A stretch of 64,000 bases of DNA from Abditibacteriaceae bacterium (lineage in GTDB: Bacteria; Armatimonadota; Abditibacteriia; Abditibacteriales; Abditibacteriaceae). The stretch's first letter is position 1. Every line of letters begins with the position of its first letter. Below, one piece after another: positions 40,364 through 50,870 of this stretch. The notes beneath the pieces are model-generated. The model was not told the origin of the DNA. It ran no database searches and worked only from the letters and a program-made list of their open reading frames with translations. The translations under genes and the position numbers were made by a program. The stretch is taken from contig OZ255721.1 of assembly GCA_965277285.1 (NCBI GenBank), positions 1,856,001-1,920,000 of the forward strand, written 5' to 3'.

Positions 40364-41464
40364 TTGCCGAAGAACATAAAAATCGCCCTGATCGGTTGTG
40401 GTCAGGTCGCACAAAGCGTCCATTTACCGATTTTGCATCGCTTGCCGCACGTTGAAATCGTGGCGCTGGCCGAAACCGACGAAACCCGACGACAACGCGC
40501 CGCGCAACAAGTTTTTGGAAATTCGCAAAGTGACCACGCTTTTTCCTCTTACGAAGAAATGCTGGCGACAACCCAAAGCGACGCCGTTGTCATTTGCTTG
40601 CCTTCCGCGATGCACGCCGACGCCGCCATTTTCGCATTGGATAAAACGCAACACGTTTACCTCGAAAAACCTTTGGCCACAAGTCTCAGCGACGGCATTC
40701 GAGTACTCGAAGCGTGGCAAACAGCCGGAACGATTGGCGTTATCGGCTTCAATTATCGCCTGAATCGGCTTTATCAGAAATTGCGGCAGCGTTTGCAGAA
40801 CGACGAAATCGGCGAACTGGTCGCGTTGCGCTCCACGTTTTCCACCCATGCGCGCGAAATTCCGACATGGCGAAAATCACGCGCCAGCGGAGGCGGCGTT
40901 CTCTTCGATCTGGCGTCGCATCACATCGATCTGCTGCGTTTTTTAATGGACGACGAGATTGCTGAAGTCAGCGCGATGTTGCGCTCGCAGCATTCGGAAA
41001 ACGACAGCGCGTTGTTGCAGTTGCGCTTTGAAAGTGGCGTTGTGGCGCAAACCTTTGTTTCGTTATGCGCGGTCGAAGAAGATCGCGTTGAAGTCTTTGG
41101 AAAGCGTGGCAAACTCGTCGCTGATCGTTATCTGGCGCTCGATGTCGAAAGATTTTCGCCGATACTTTCGCACGCCGCGCGCCTGCAACGCATGACAAAT
41201 CGAGTACGCGATTTGCGCCACGCGCCGTACCTTTTGCAGAAAATGCGCGCCGCGAATCACGAACCGTCTTATTATCTGGCGCTGTCAAATTTCATTAAAG
41301 AAGTGCGCAAGCGGCAAAACGACGTTGCTCAAAACGGCGCCGCCACTCATAATAGTTTCGCTTTGCCCGATTTTGGCGATGGTTTCAAAAGCTTGGCGGT
41401 GATCGCAGCAGCAGAAGAATCGGCGCAAAACGGTCGTTTCGTTGTCCCGCAAAAGCAATATTAG
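40364..41464 (+). CDS. Gfo/Idh/MocA oxidoreductase
   Basis: IGCG, EKPLA, GFNYR and GGGVLFDLASH motifs. Confidence 0.92.
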   Translation: MPKNIKIALIGCGQVAQSVHLPILHRLPHVEIVALAETDETRRQRAAQQVFGNSQSDHAFSSYEEMLATTQSDAVVICLPSAMHADAAIFALDKTQHVYLEKPLATSLSDGIRVLEAWQTAGTIGVIGFNYRLNRLYQKLRQRLQNDEIGELVALRSTFSTHAREIPTWRKSRASGGGVLFDLASHHIDLLRFLMDDEIAEVSAMLRSQHSENDSALLQLRFESGVVAQTFVSLCAVEEDRVEVFGKRGKLVADRYLALDVERFSPILSHAARLQRMTNRVRDLRHAPYLLQKMRAANHEPSYYLALSNFIKEVRKRQNDVAQNGAATHNSFALPDFGDGFKSLAVIAAAEESAQNGRFVVPQKQY

Positions 41465-41488
41465 AAGTCATCTCGTAAATACGAATCG

Positions 41489-41655
41489 CGTTCAAACTCC
41501 CAATTTGCCATTCTAAGAGGTTGTATAGAAAGCCTGCGAAATGCCTTAAAACTCCCAGTTTGTCATTCTGAGCACAGTCCGCCCAAAGGGCACCCGAATC
41601 TAACTGAACATAGATTCTTCGCTGCGCTCAGAATGACAAACTGGGAGTTTGAACG
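41489..41655. repeat. REP/MITE-like element, family B, with duplicated left end
   Basis: AAACTCCCAGTTTGTCATTCTGAGC pairs with GCTCAGAATGACAAACTGGGAGTTT. A 42-bp stretch is identical to 58120-58161. Confidence 0.8.
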
Positions 41656-41792
41656 TGCATCTTCCTTTTACAAATTTTATACGTCTTCTACGCGTTCTCA
41701 GCACGATAGACTGGTAGTTATCAGACTTTTGAATTATAGCCCTGACGAAGACTATCGACGGAACCTGCGCGTGTTCTTTCCCAATTTCTTTT

Positions 41793-42806
41793 ATGACATC
41801 AATCAAAAACTCTATCGACGCGAACGAAAACTTAGAATTGTCTGTCGTTTTGGCCTGTCCCGACCAATTTGCGACGATTCGTAAAACGGTCGGTTTTCTA
41901 TCGGCGCAAACGATAGCGGACAAGATCGAACTTGTTTTGGTTTCATCGCGCCAACGCCCTTTGCAATTTGACGCTGCAGAGGTCGCCGCTTTTGGTGGCG
42001 TGCGTTTGGTCGAACTCGATGACTCGTGGCTGATTGCTCGAGCGCGCGCTCTGGGCGTGCGAAGTTCGAGTACTCGATATGTGGCGTTCGCCGAAGATCA
42101 TTGTTTTCCTGAACCCGATTGGGCGCAAGCGATGTTGCAAGCGTTGCAAGAAGGTCACGTTGCCGTCGGGCCGCTTTTTCTCAATGCAAATCCGGCGACG
42201 GCGTTGAGTTGGGCCAATTTAATTTTAGGTTTTGGGCCGTGGCTGGGCGCGTTACCCGATGGGCCGGTCAACGCTTTGCCCTGGCACAACACGGCGTATC
42301 GGCGCGATGTGTTACTCGCGCCGGGTTCGCACCTGGAACATTTGCTCGAAGTCGAAGGCGTTCTGCAAGATGAGTTGCGCGCGTCTGGCCACACGCTTTA
42401 TCTGCAAACGGCGGCGCGCGTGCGTCATCTCAATATATCGCGCTGGAGTTCGTTCACAACCGAGAATTTCCACTCCGGGCGACTTTACGGCGCGACGCGC
42501 GCGCAAAATTGGACAACCGCACGGCGCGCGCTATACGTCGCGGGTTCGCCGCTGATTCCGGTTTTGCGCCTTCAAAAAGCCTTGTCTCACTTGAACGCTT
42601 GCCGTTCGTTGTCGCGCCGTCAAAAACGCGCTTTGTCGCGGCGCGCGTTGTTCGCTCTGCTGGCTGGCGCGATGCTGCACACGGCGGGCGAAGTTGTCGG
42701 TTACGGCTTTGGCAAGGGCGATGCGGCGCAACGAAAAAGCTGCATGGAATCGCATCGTTATCGCCATTTGTGCGGGCGCGAACGAGTACTCGAATCGCCA
42801 CAATAG
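41793..42806 (+). CDS. Glycosyltransferase family 2
   Basis: LSVVL, ARARALG and YVAFAEDHC (DxD-like) motifs. Confidence 0.8.
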   Translation: MTSIKNSIDANENLELSVVLACPDQFATIRKTVGFLSAQTIADKIELVLVSSRQRPLQFDAAEVAAFGGVRLVELDDSWLIARARALGVRSSSTRYVAFAEDHCFPEPDWAQAMLQALQEGHVAVGPLFLNANPATALSWANLILGFGPWLGALPDGPVNALPWHNTAYRRDVLLAPGSHLEHLLEVEGVLQDELRASGHTLYLQTAARVRHLNISRWSSFTTENFHSGRLYGATRAQNWTTARRALYVAGSPLIPVLRLQKALSHLNACRSLSRRQKRALSRRALFALLAGAMLHTAGEVVGYGFGKGDAAQRKSCMESHRYRHLCGRERVLESPQ

Positions 42807-42845
42807 TTTCAAAACGTGTTTTGGAAGATGAACAAAAAGGTGAGG

Positions 42846-42970
42846 ACACGGAACTTCGTTTCACAGATTGAACGGATGAACACGGATGTGAGAGGTTAGA
42901 AATCGAGTACTCGATCCTTTCTTTTTTGATCCGTGTTCATCCGTTCAATCTGTGAAACGAAGTTCCGTGT
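42846..42970. repeat. REP-like hairpin, family D (42-bp perfect arms) with the palindrome in its loop
   Basis: ACACGGAACTTCGTTTCACAGATTGAACGGATGAACACGGAT at 42846-42887 and its reverse complement at 42929-42970. Confidence 0.9.
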
Positions 42971-43024
42971 TCCCTATTGTCATACACACTGGAACACATT
43001 TTCAACAATTTTCGCCGTTCACTT

Positions 43025-44536
43025 ATGAGTTTTTCTTCGGCTCCTACCTCAACTGTTGCGGACAAAGTCGCGCCGCGTGAACGCGTGTTGCATGGCACGG
43101 TGCGCGTTTTTCTGGCCGAAGCGTTGATTGTTCCGACGGGATTATTGATGACGGCGTTTTTGACGCGACGCCTGGGGCCGGACGCTTACGGCATTTTTAT
43201 TTTAGCTGTCACGCTCGTGACATGGATCGAGTGGAGCATCGCGTCTTTGTTCGCGCGCTCCACCATCAAACTGGTCAGCGAAGCCGACGATTGGCGTGCT
43301 GCGGGCGCGACCGCCTTGCGCTTGAATGGTTTTTACGGCGTGCTGGCGTCTCTGGTTTTATGTGCGGCGGCGTTGCCCATTGCGGCGTGGCTGCATGAAC
43401 CGTCGCTGACTGGATATTTATGCTTGCTGGCGTGGGAAATTCCGCTGTTCACTTTGTCGCAGGCGCATCGCAACATTTTGGTTGGCCTGGGACGTTTCCG
43501 ACAGCGCGCTAACGTGACATCAGTGCGATGGCTCGCGCGCTTGCTGCTGATCGTTCTGCTGGTAGGCGCCGGTTTTTCGATTTATGGCGCGCTTTGGGGT
43601 AGCATCGCTTCGGCATTGGTCGAACTGGGAATGGCGCGCTGGTATGTGCGCCCGAATTGGCGACCTTCAGATTTTCCGGCGCGCCAATTCTACCTTTATG
43701 CTTTGCCACTTTTCGGCATGGCGATCAGCCTGCGCTTGTACGACAAAATCGATTTGTTCGCATTGAAGGCATTGGGCGGCAGCAATCAGAGCGCGGCTTG
43801 GTATGGCACAGCGCAAAATCTGTCGATGGCGCCGAACATTTTCGCCCTCGCATTTTCGCCATTGTTGCTGGCCGCGCAAAGCCGCACATTGCGCGAAAAC
43901 GATCTCGCAGGCGCGCGAACGGCGGGACGAACGGCCTTGCGCGCGGTGGTGGCGCTGCTTCCATCGTGCGGCCTGACGGCGGGCGCCGCAACCGAAATCG
44001 TCACGCTCGTTTTCGGACACAAGTTCGCTCCGACGGCGCCGCTTTTAGCGGTTCTGGTTTTCGGTTCGCTGGCGATTTGCCTGCTGTCCGTCGCCACGGC
44101 GATTTTGACGGCCTGGGACAAAGCGAACTGGACATTCGCCGTGGCTGGCCCTTTAGTTCCCGTTGGTTGCGTCGGCTACTGGTTCGTGATGCCGCACTGG
44201 AACGCGATTGGAATTTCGTGGATTACAACGATTGTCGCAACAGCGGGCGCGCTGGTTTCGTTGCTTTTGGTTTACATCCGATGTCGCGTCCTCGTTCCCG
44301 CCGCGACGACGCTGCGCAGCATCGCTTTATGTATCGCGGTTTATTTCGGAGCCGAAATATGGCATACAACGGGCGTCTGGCTTTTCTTCAAATTAATCGT
44401 TTTGTCGCTGCTGGTCGTGCTGGGATTCGCTTTAAGCGGCGAATGGAGCGTGTCCGAATTAAAATCTGCGCAGCGGAAAATTAATTTGTTTTTGGTTCAG
44501 AATCGCATTTTTAAGCGCACGCCAACGAACCTATGA
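43025..44536 (+). CDS. Wzx-like oligosaccharide flippase
   Basis: LTRRLGPDAYG, 12-14 transmembrane segments, located in a glycosyltransferase cluster. Confidence 0.85.
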   Translation: MSFSSAPTSTVADKVAPRERVLHGTVRVFLAEALIVPTGLLMTAFLTRRLGPDAYGIFILAVTLVTWIEWSIASLFARSTIKLVSEADDWRAAGATALRLNGFYGVLASLVLCAAALPIAAWLHEPSLTGYLCLLAWEIPLFTLSQAHRNILVGLGRFRQRANVTSVRWLARLLLIVLLVGAGFSIYGALWGSIASALVELGMARWYVRPNWRPSDFPARQFYLYALPLFGMAISLRLYDKIDLFALKALGGSNQSAAWYGTAQNLSMAPNIFALAFSPLLLAAQSRTLRENDLAGARTAGRTALRAVVALLPSCGLTAGAATEIVTLVFGHKFAPTAPLLAVLVFGSLAICLLSVATAILTAWDKANWTFAVAGPLVPVGCVGYWFVMPHWNAIGISWITTIVATAGALVSLLLVYIRCRVLVPAATTLRSIALCIAVYFGAEIWHTTGVWLFFKLIVLSLLVVLGFALSGEWSVSELKSAQRKINLFLVQNRIFKRTPTNL

Positions 44537-45429
44537 GCAAGCCCTATTTTTCGATTATTGTCCCCACTTTCAATCGGCCTCAAGCCTTGAATGCGTGCTT
44601 GAGCGCTCTCAACCGAATCGAGTACTCGAAAGACGATTTTGAAGTGATCGTCGTCGATGACGGCAGTCCGCGTTCGCTGGAAAGCGTGCTTCGCCATTGG
44701 CGAGATTCGTTGGACATTCAACTTTTGCGCCAGGAGAATGCGGGGCCAGCAGTCGCGCGCAACAACGGCGCAAAGCAAGCGCGCGGCCAATTCTTGGCCT
44801 TCACCGATGACGATTGCGCGCCCGCCCGCGATTGGCTGCGTTGTCTCTCGGCGCAACTGCAGCAAACGCCGGACGCGCTGGTCGGAGGGCGCACCATCAA
44901 CGCTCTGCCCGACAACATTTATTCGAGCGCCAGCCAATTATTGATTGATTACATTTACAGTTTTTACAACGCCAATCACGAGAACGCGACGTTTTTTGCC
45001 TCCAACAATTTCGCAGTCAAAACGCAAATCTTTCGGGATTTTGGCGGCTTCGACACGGTTTACACGCGCGCCGCCGCTGAAGACCGCGAGTTTTGCGACC
45101 GTTGGACGCGCGAAGGTCGCCGCGCCGTTTACGCGCCCGAAATTGTGATTTATCACGCGCACGTTTTGACACTGCGCTCGTTGTGGCGCCAGCATTTTGC
45201 TTACGGGCACGGCGCCTGGCAGTTTCATCAGTCGCGCAACGCCATTGCGAAAAGTTTCAAACCCGATCCAAAGTTTTACCGCGATTTGTTGCTTTTCCCA
45301 CTTCGCCAAAAAGTGTCGCGCCCGCAGCAAGCGCGCCTGTGCGCCCTGATGATTTGGATGCAAATAGCGAACTTGGCGGGTTTCCTGGCCGCTCAACGAC
45401 ACAGCAGAAAACGGTCAGGCAAACCATGA
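44533..45429 (+). CDS. Glycosyltransferase family 2
   Basis: SIIVPTFNR, VVDDGS, GPAVARN, FTDDDC and AEDREF motifs. Confidence 0.93.
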   Translation: MSKPYFSIIVPTFNRPQALNACLSALNRIEYSKDDFEVIVVDDGSPRSLESVLRHWRDSLDIQLLRQENAGPAVARNNGAKQARGQFLAFTDDDCAPARDWLRCLSAQLQQTPDALVGGRTINALPDNIYSSASQLLIDYIYSFYNANHENATFFASNNFAVKTQIFRDFGGFDTVYTRAAAEDREFCDRWTREGRRAVYAPEIVIYHAHVLTLRSLWRQHFAYGHGAWQFHQSRNAIAKSFKPDPKFYRDLLLFPLRQKVSRPQQARLCALMIWMQIANLAGFLAAQRHSRKRSGKP

Positions 45430-48179
45430 AAATTTCCGTGATTGTTCCAGTTCATAACGGCGCGCACGACTTGCGTTTGTGCCTGGAAGCGCTGCACAAT
45501 TCCACGCGGCAAGCCGACGAAATCGTGATCGTTGATGACGCTTCAACTGATGAATCAACGCGCGTCGCCTACGAATATGCCGATCGAAACAGCGCGATTC
45601 GAGTACTCGAATTGGGCGGACAAGCGTTTCAACAAGCGCGCGGCCCGGCGTTCGCACGAAATCGCGGCGCGCAAAAAGCCAGCGGCGAGGTTCTGGTTTT
45701 CTTCGATGCCGATGTTTTCGTGCATGAAGACACGATTAGAAAAATCGAAAAACATTTCGCACAAAACCCCGAAGTCGCGGCCTTGTTTGGTTCCTATGAC
45801 GACGAGCCGACGGCGCGCGGCTTGATTACGCGCTATAAAAACCTGCTGCATCATTTCGTGCATCAGCGCAGCCGCCGCGAAGCCGAAACTTTCTGGACAG
45901 GTTGCGGCGCCATTCGCCGCGATATTTTCCTCTATATGAACGGTTTCGACGAAAATTTCGCGCGCCCTTCCATTGAGGACATCGAACTGGGACGACGTTT
46001 GCGACGCGCCAATTACGTGATTCATTCGTGCCCCGATATTCAGGTGACGCACGGCAAAAACTGGACTTTGGGTTCGTGGCTGCGCACCGATATTTTCGCG
46101 CGCGCCGTGCCGTGGACGCGTTTAATGATGAACGAAGGCGGCAAAGTTCCCAACGATCTCAACCTCGATTGGAAAAGCCGCGCCAGTGCCGTTTGCGCTT
46201 GGCTCGCCGTGTTGTGTTGCGTCGCTTTGTTTTTCGTCGCGTCATCATCACATCGAGTACTCGAAGTGACCGCTGTGGGCGCGCTTGGCATTGTCTTGTT
46301 CTGCAACGCTGCTTTGTCGCAGTTTTTCTGGCGGCGCGGCGGAATTGGTTTCGCGTTGGGCGCGAGCGCGCTTCATTTCTGCTATTTTCTTTATTCGAGC
46401 GCGACATGGGGAATCGTCGTTTTTTCGCCAAAATTGCGGCGTCATGGGCTGATGTTGTTGCTGTTGGCGACGCTTTTCAAAGGTCTCGCGTGGAGCGTGA
46501 TCGTTCCGCCGTGGCAGGCTTCGGATGAACCGCAGCAATTTCTTTACGGTCAGCGCATAGCGCAGGAACATCACGCCTTCCCGCGCCCCATCAAAGCCGC
46601 GCCGCTCGAATCGTGGCTGCTGGCCGATGCGGTTCAACTGGACAAAATTCGCTTTCAACAACAAACGCCGATTGATTTGAGCGACCGCACGCATCTCGCG
46701 CGCCTGCTGGCACAAACTGATGCGGCGCATAGCAGCCCGCTTCTCGTTCCCGATGAACACAAACGCTTGATTACGAGCCTGCCTTTCATGCAATATCATC
46801 CGCCACTTTATGCGACACTGTTGGCCGGGGTGCAAAGTCCTTTGTCGCACGATTCGATTCGCTGGCGATTGTTGGCGAGTCGCTGGGTTTCCTTGTTTTT
46901 AGGTTTGCTGGTTGTCGGTTTCGCTTTTGGCGTCGGGCGCGAAATCTGGCCGCGCCACGAACAACGCGCTTTGATTTTGGCGACGCTGGTTTCATTTCAG
47001 CCGATTTTGACCTTCACGTTGGCGACAATTTCCAACGAAGCTTTAGAAATCGCGCTTTATTCGGCGCTGTTGTGGATGGGTTTGCGCGTTTGGCGCCGTG
47101 GTTTGAGTTGGCGTCGCGCACTTTTTCTGGGCATTGTCACAGGTTGCGGTTTGCTCACAAAAATCAGCTTCGCGTCGGCGCTGCCTTTATTGATGGTTCT
47201 GCTAATTCAAGATTGGCGCCTTGGCGCGCGCCGCAATGTTCTTTCGAGTACTCAAATGATGACGCAAAGCGCCAGAAAGTTTTTGCTGGAGCGCTGGGCG
47301 CTAATTTTCCTGGTGGCGCTTGGCGTCAGCGCCTGGTGGTATCGTCACACTTTTGGCGGCGGCTCCGATTTAATTGTCACGTCCTTTCGCCATCCTGAAA
47401 ACAAACTGCCGACGCATTTCGACTTTGTGAGCGGTTATTTGAACCGAAATACAGCGAACATTTACGGGCGAACTCTGATTTCCTACTGGTGCAATTTCGG
47501 CTGGCCGGATGCGCGCGCGCCCATTTATATCTGGATGCCGCTCGCAATTTTCACGTTTTATGCCATCGCGCGCGTTTCTTTCTGGCTGCGCGAAATACGG
47601 TGCGCAGAGCAGCCGAAGTTTGCTCCCACTACTAAAACCGAAAGCGAGGAAAGTGAAGAAACACCGGTTTTCCCAATCTTCTGGCTCGCTTGCGCTTCTG
47701 TCGCTTTGATCGTGTTTTATTTCGTGATCGATTTACGAACGCGTATGCAACTCGGTGGGCCGTTCGGACAGCGCGGACAATATTATTTACCGGCGGTCGT
47801 CGGGCAAATGACGTGGCTCATGCTCTGCCTGAAACAGTGGCCGCACGACTTCACCAAAAGGACGAATTTGCGGACATCTGCGCGGGACTTTGCTGCGGTG
47901 CCTGCGGCGCGCACTTCCTGGTCTTGGCGCTTGTGGTTGTTGGCTGTCGGCATGATCGCCTTAAATTGGGAATGCTTGTTCGGGGTCGTCGCGCCGCGCT
48001 ATTATGGACGCGGCAGCCTGCCGGTTTTGCTGGAACGTGCGACCGTGATTCAACCCGTTTCGCTGATCACACTTGAAATTATCTCGCTGGCGGCGTTGGC
48101 TTTCAGCCTTGCTTTGGCGCTGGCTCTCAGTTCAGCGGGCGATGCGCCTTCCAAGAAAAGATGGAATGGAATTGTGTAG
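45426..48179 (+). CDS. GT2 fused to a DUF2142/GT-C-like polytopic membrane domain
   Basis: N-terminal SVIVPVHN, VDDAS, FFDAD, EDIEL; C-terminal PPWQASDEPQ, YHPPLY and many transmembrane segments. Confidence 0.82.
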   Translation: MKISVIVPVHNGAHDLRLCLEALHNSTRQADEIVIVDDASTDESTRVAYEYADRNSAIRVLELGGQAFQQARGPAFARNRGAQKASGEVLVFFDADVFVHEDTIRKIEKHFAQNPEVAALFGSYDDEPTARGLITRYKNLLHHFVHQRSRREAETFWTGCGAIRRDIFLYMNGFDENFARPSIEDIELGRRLRRANYVIHSCPDIQVTHGKNWTLGSWLRTDIFARAVPWTRLMMNEGGKVPNDLNLDWKSRASAVCAWLAVLCCVALFFVASSSHRVLEVTAVGALGIVLFCNAALSQFFWRRGGIGFALGASALHFCYFLYSSATWGIVVFSPKLRRHGLMLLLLATLFKGLAWSVIVPPWQASDEPQQFLYGQRIAQEHHAFPRPIKAAPLESWLLADAVQLDKIRFQQQTPIDLSDRTHLARLLAQTDAAHSSPLLVPDEHKRLITSLPFMQYHPPLYATLLAGVQSPLSHDSIRWRLLASRWVSLFLGLLVVGFAFGVGREIWPRHEQRALILATLVSFQPILTFTLATISNEALEIALYSALLWMGLRVWRRGLSWRRALFLGIVTGCGLLTKISFASALPLLMVLLIQDWRLGARRNVLSSTQMMTQSARKFLLERWALIFLVALGVSAWWYRHTFGGGSDLIVTSFRHPENKLPTHFDFVSGYLNRNTANIYGRTLISYWCNFGWPDARAPIYIWMPLAIFTFYAIARVSFWLREIRCAEQPKFAPTTKTESEESEETPVFPIFWLACASVALIVFYFVIDLRTRMQLGGPFGQRGQYYLPAVVGQMTWLMLCLKQWPHDFTKRTNLRTSARDFAAVPAARTSWSWRLWLLAVGMIALNWECLFGVVAPRYYGRGSLPVLLERATVIQPVSLITLEIISLAALAFSLALALALSSAGDAPSKKRWNGIV

Positions 48180-48359
48180 ATTTGACAAGTTACTGTTCAA
48201 GTCCCAGTTGTGTAATCGTCGCTTCACACAAATATGTTAAATCATTAGTGAAACGTGTTCGGTTTTGAGTACTCGAAACTGAGCAAAATTTCTTCTTAGG
48301 CACGTTCTTAAACGATTCTATAAAAGCTCATTTCAGCTTTCCTGACGATCTGTAAATTT

Positions 48360-49985
48360 ATGCACGACCAATTCAAACAAAGTCAAAACGAAAACGAACC
48401 AGAGAAAACCGTTGTCATCATTGGCGGCGGGCCAGCCGGATTAACAGCGGCTTACGAACTTGGCAAAGTCGGAGTTACGGCGATTGTGCTGGAAAAAAGT
48501 GGCGATGTCGGTGGCATTTCACGTACCGTTCGCTACAAAGATTTTCGTTTCGACATCGGCGGCCATCGTTTCTACACCAAAGTGCGCGCCGTCGAGGAAT
48601 TCTGGCACGAGATTCTGTCGCCTCCCGAGTTTCCTTTGCGCAAACGCTTGTCGCGCATTTTTTACAAGCGCAAATTTTTTCGCTACCCGATCCAGGCAAC
48701 GGACGCTTTGCGCAAGCTCGGACTCGTCAATAGCGCGCTAATTTTATTGAGTTATTTTCAGGCGAAAATTTTCCCTTACAAAAACGTGCAAAACTTCGAG
48801 CAGAACATTTGTAATCGTTTCGGAAGACGGCTTTACAACACTTTTTTCAAAAGTTACACCGAAAAAGTGTGGGGCATTCCGTGCGACCAGATTTCGTCGG
48901 AATGGGCGAATCAGCGGATTCACGGATTGGGCTTGGGTTCGGCCTTGAAAAAGGCGTTGCTGCAACACTTGAAAAAAGCGCCTCAGCAGAAATCGGCCGT
49001 CATCAAAACCTTGATTGACGAGTTTCACTATCCGCTCCTGGGGCCGGGGCAAATGTGGGAAACCGTCGCGCAACGCGTCGCACAAAACGGCGGCGAGCTG
49101 CGTTTCCATTCTGCCGTTGAGCGCATTTTATGGAACGAAAATGGTGTTCAAAGCCTGGAAGTAAGCAATGGTAAATCGAAGGTCGGTGAATCGAAGGTCG
49201 GTGAATTAAGTAAGGCCGAATCGAGTACTCGAATGGTCGCTGGCTCGCATTTTCTGAGTTCGATGCCGATTGCGGAACTTGTCCAGAAACTCGATCCACC
49301 CGCGCCACAAAATGTGCAAGAGGCTGCGGGCAACCTGCATTACCGCGATTTTCTGACGGTCGCGCTCATCGTCAAGCGCCGCGAAGTTTTCCCCGATAAC
49401 TGGATTTACATTCACGAGCCGGAAGTAACGCTGGGTCGCATTCAGAACTTCAAAAACTGGAGCGCTGATATGGTTCCCGACGAAAATAAAACGTGTCTGG
49501 GATTGGAATATTTTTGTTTTGAAGGCGACGGTTTATGGTCAAAAAGCGATGAGGAACTGATCGAACTGGGCACGCGCGAATTGGAGATTTTAGGCTTGGT
49601 GAAAGCGACAGACGTTGAAGACGGTGCGGTGGTGCGGCAGCCCAAAGCGTATCCGGTTTACGATGAAGGCTATGAAAACGCCTTGGACACGGTGCGCCAT
49701 TTTGTGGAAAGTCTGGGTAATTTGCAACTGGTCGGGCGCAACGGAATGCACCGCTACAATAATCAGGATCATTCGATGTTGACGGCGATGTTGGCTGCCA
49801 AAAATATCCTGGGCGCTAATTACGACCTGTGGAGCGTCAACGCCGAGCAGGAATATCACGAAGAAATCAAAATTGCGGACGAAGAAAACCCGCGCGAATT
49901 TTCATCCGCCGATATATCGCGCTTGAACGCGACGCAACCGCACGTCCCGCAGTCGGTGCAGATCGCCAAAGAAACGGCACGTTAA
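48360..49985 (+). CDS. FAD-dependent oxidoreductase (protoporphyrinogen oxidase / UDP-galactopyranose mutase-like)
   Basis: IIGGGPAGL, DIGGHRF and GRNGMHRYNNQDHSM motifs. Confidence 0.88.
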   Translation: MHDQFKQSQNENEPEKTVVIIGGGPAGLTAAYELGKVGVTAIVLEKSGDVGGISRTVRYKDFRFDIGGHRFYTKVRAVEEFWHEILSPPEFPLRKRLSRIFYKRKFFRYPIQATDALRKLGLVNSALILLSYFQAKIFPYKNVQNFEQNICNRFGRRLYNTFFKSYTEKVWGIPCDQISSEWANQRIHGLGLGSALKKALLQHLKKAPQQKSAVIKTLIDEFHYPLLGPGQMWETVAQRVAQNGGELRFHSAVERILWNENGVQSLEVSNGKSKVGESKVGELSKAESSTRMVAGSHFLSSMPIAELVQKLDPPAPQNVQEAAGNLHYRDFLTVALIVKRREVFPDNWIYIHEPEVTLGRIQNFKNWSADMVPDENKTCLGLEYFCFEGDGLWSKSDEELIELGTRELEILGLVKATDVEDGAVVRQPKAYPVYDEGYENALDTVRHFVESLGNLQLVGRNGMHRYNNQDHSMLTAMLAAKNILGANYDLWSVNAEQEYHEEIKIADEENPREFSSADISRLNATQPHVPQSVQIAKETAR

Positions 49986-50021
49986 ATCGCACGATTCGAG
50001 TACTCGATTGCCGTTGCAAAC

Positions 50022-50264
50022 ACCAGTTCAACTGCGGGCAAAGCGACGACGCTCGAATTTGATGTCCCACAAATATTCGCGCGAACGGCCTTCGCCCAGC
50101 GCATATCCGACCATTTCATCAATCGCATCAATGACAAGATCAATCGCCAGTAGCGGCAGCACGCCGCGCGGTCGTTTTGGCGTTCGATGAGTTTTCGGTC
50201 GCGCTTGATTTCGAGGAGCGCTTCCAATTTGTCACCATCAGAAAGTAGCAGATGGCGCTTATAA
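50022..50264 (-). pseudogene. 3' remnant of a small host ORF interrupted by the integron cassette
   Basis: Reads YKRHLLLSDGDKLEALLEIKRDRKLIE and, after an apparent frameshift, GVLPLLAIDLVIDAIDEMVGYALGEGRSREYLWDIKFERRRFARS. Joins in frame to 50871-50941 when the cassette is removed. Confidence 0.55.
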
Positions 50265-50349
50265 CAACCAAGCTCACCCGCGGGCGGAAGCGAAGCGAGG
50301 AGAAACACGAGCGAAGCTGTGAGCGGTCGGGCGCAGCGTCTTGTTCTGT
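50259..50349 (-). other. Integron attC site
   Basis: Minus strand: R'' ACAGAAC, 5-nt spacer AAGAC, L'' GCT[G]CGCCCG with extrahelical G, loop, L' CGGGTGAGC, 6-nt spacer TTGGTT, R' GTTATAA. Confidence 0.85.
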
Positions 50350-50870
50350 CGCTGTTGATACACTATTAATTGCTTTCCTTTGTATAAATCGCATCTATCA
50401 TCTGTCCCAAGTTGCCTTTGAACCATACGTTGATTTCCTCCTTTTTTAATTTGATGTCGTATTCGTCTTCTATAGCGAATATAGCAAACTCGACATCTAA
50501 AGCATCCTGATGCACCCAAAACACGACGACCATTGGATCATCTGGAATGAAGTGGTCATTAGGCCAACCCATATGCACTCCGGCTTTGGCACAGATAAAT
50601 TGTGCCAGTGCAACTTTCTTCTCATCCGTTCCCCATAAACTTGGTGGCGGCTTTGGCCGTGCTTTAAGTTGTTGTTCAACTTTTTCAACAATTGGCTCAA
50701 CTCGTTTGTCCCACAAATGACCCGAAATGCCCCAGCCAAGAAACGGTATCTTACTCCAAAACTTTTCGGCTTCAGTTTTGTTTTCGTCAATTTTGAATAG
50801 TTCGGGACATTGTAGAGGTTGCATCACATAAAGTATGACACTTTCCGAAACGCTGCACGCCGCGACAGAA
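50265..50870 (-). mobile_element. Solitary integron gene cassette (606 bp)
   Basis: Begins G|TTCTGTCGC, the exact complement of its own GCGACAGAAC R'' end. Contains one low-GC ORF and ends at the attC G|TT. Confidence 0.82.
50366..50824 (-). CDS. Cassette-encoded hypothetical protein with ACP-like C-terminus
   Basis: Low-GC ORF. DALDVEFAIFAIEDEYDIKL resembles ACP helix II but lacks the phosphopantetheine Ser. The frame is open upstream to the host ATG at 50941. Confidence 0.75.
   Translation of the reverse strand: MQPLQCPELFKIDENKTEAEKFWSKIPFLGWGISGHLWDKRVEPIVEKVEQQLKARPKPPPSLWGTDEKKVALAQFICAKAGVHMGWPNDHFIPDDPMVVVFWVHQDALDVEFAIFAIEDEYDIKLKKEEINVWFKGNLGQMIDAIYTKESN

Noticed and set aside
45093..45425. 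N-terminal 111 aa of the 1028-aa ORF
   Set aside because: Overlaps the upstream GT2 gene in another frame. The ATG at 45426, overlapping the upstream stop as ATGA, is the likely start.
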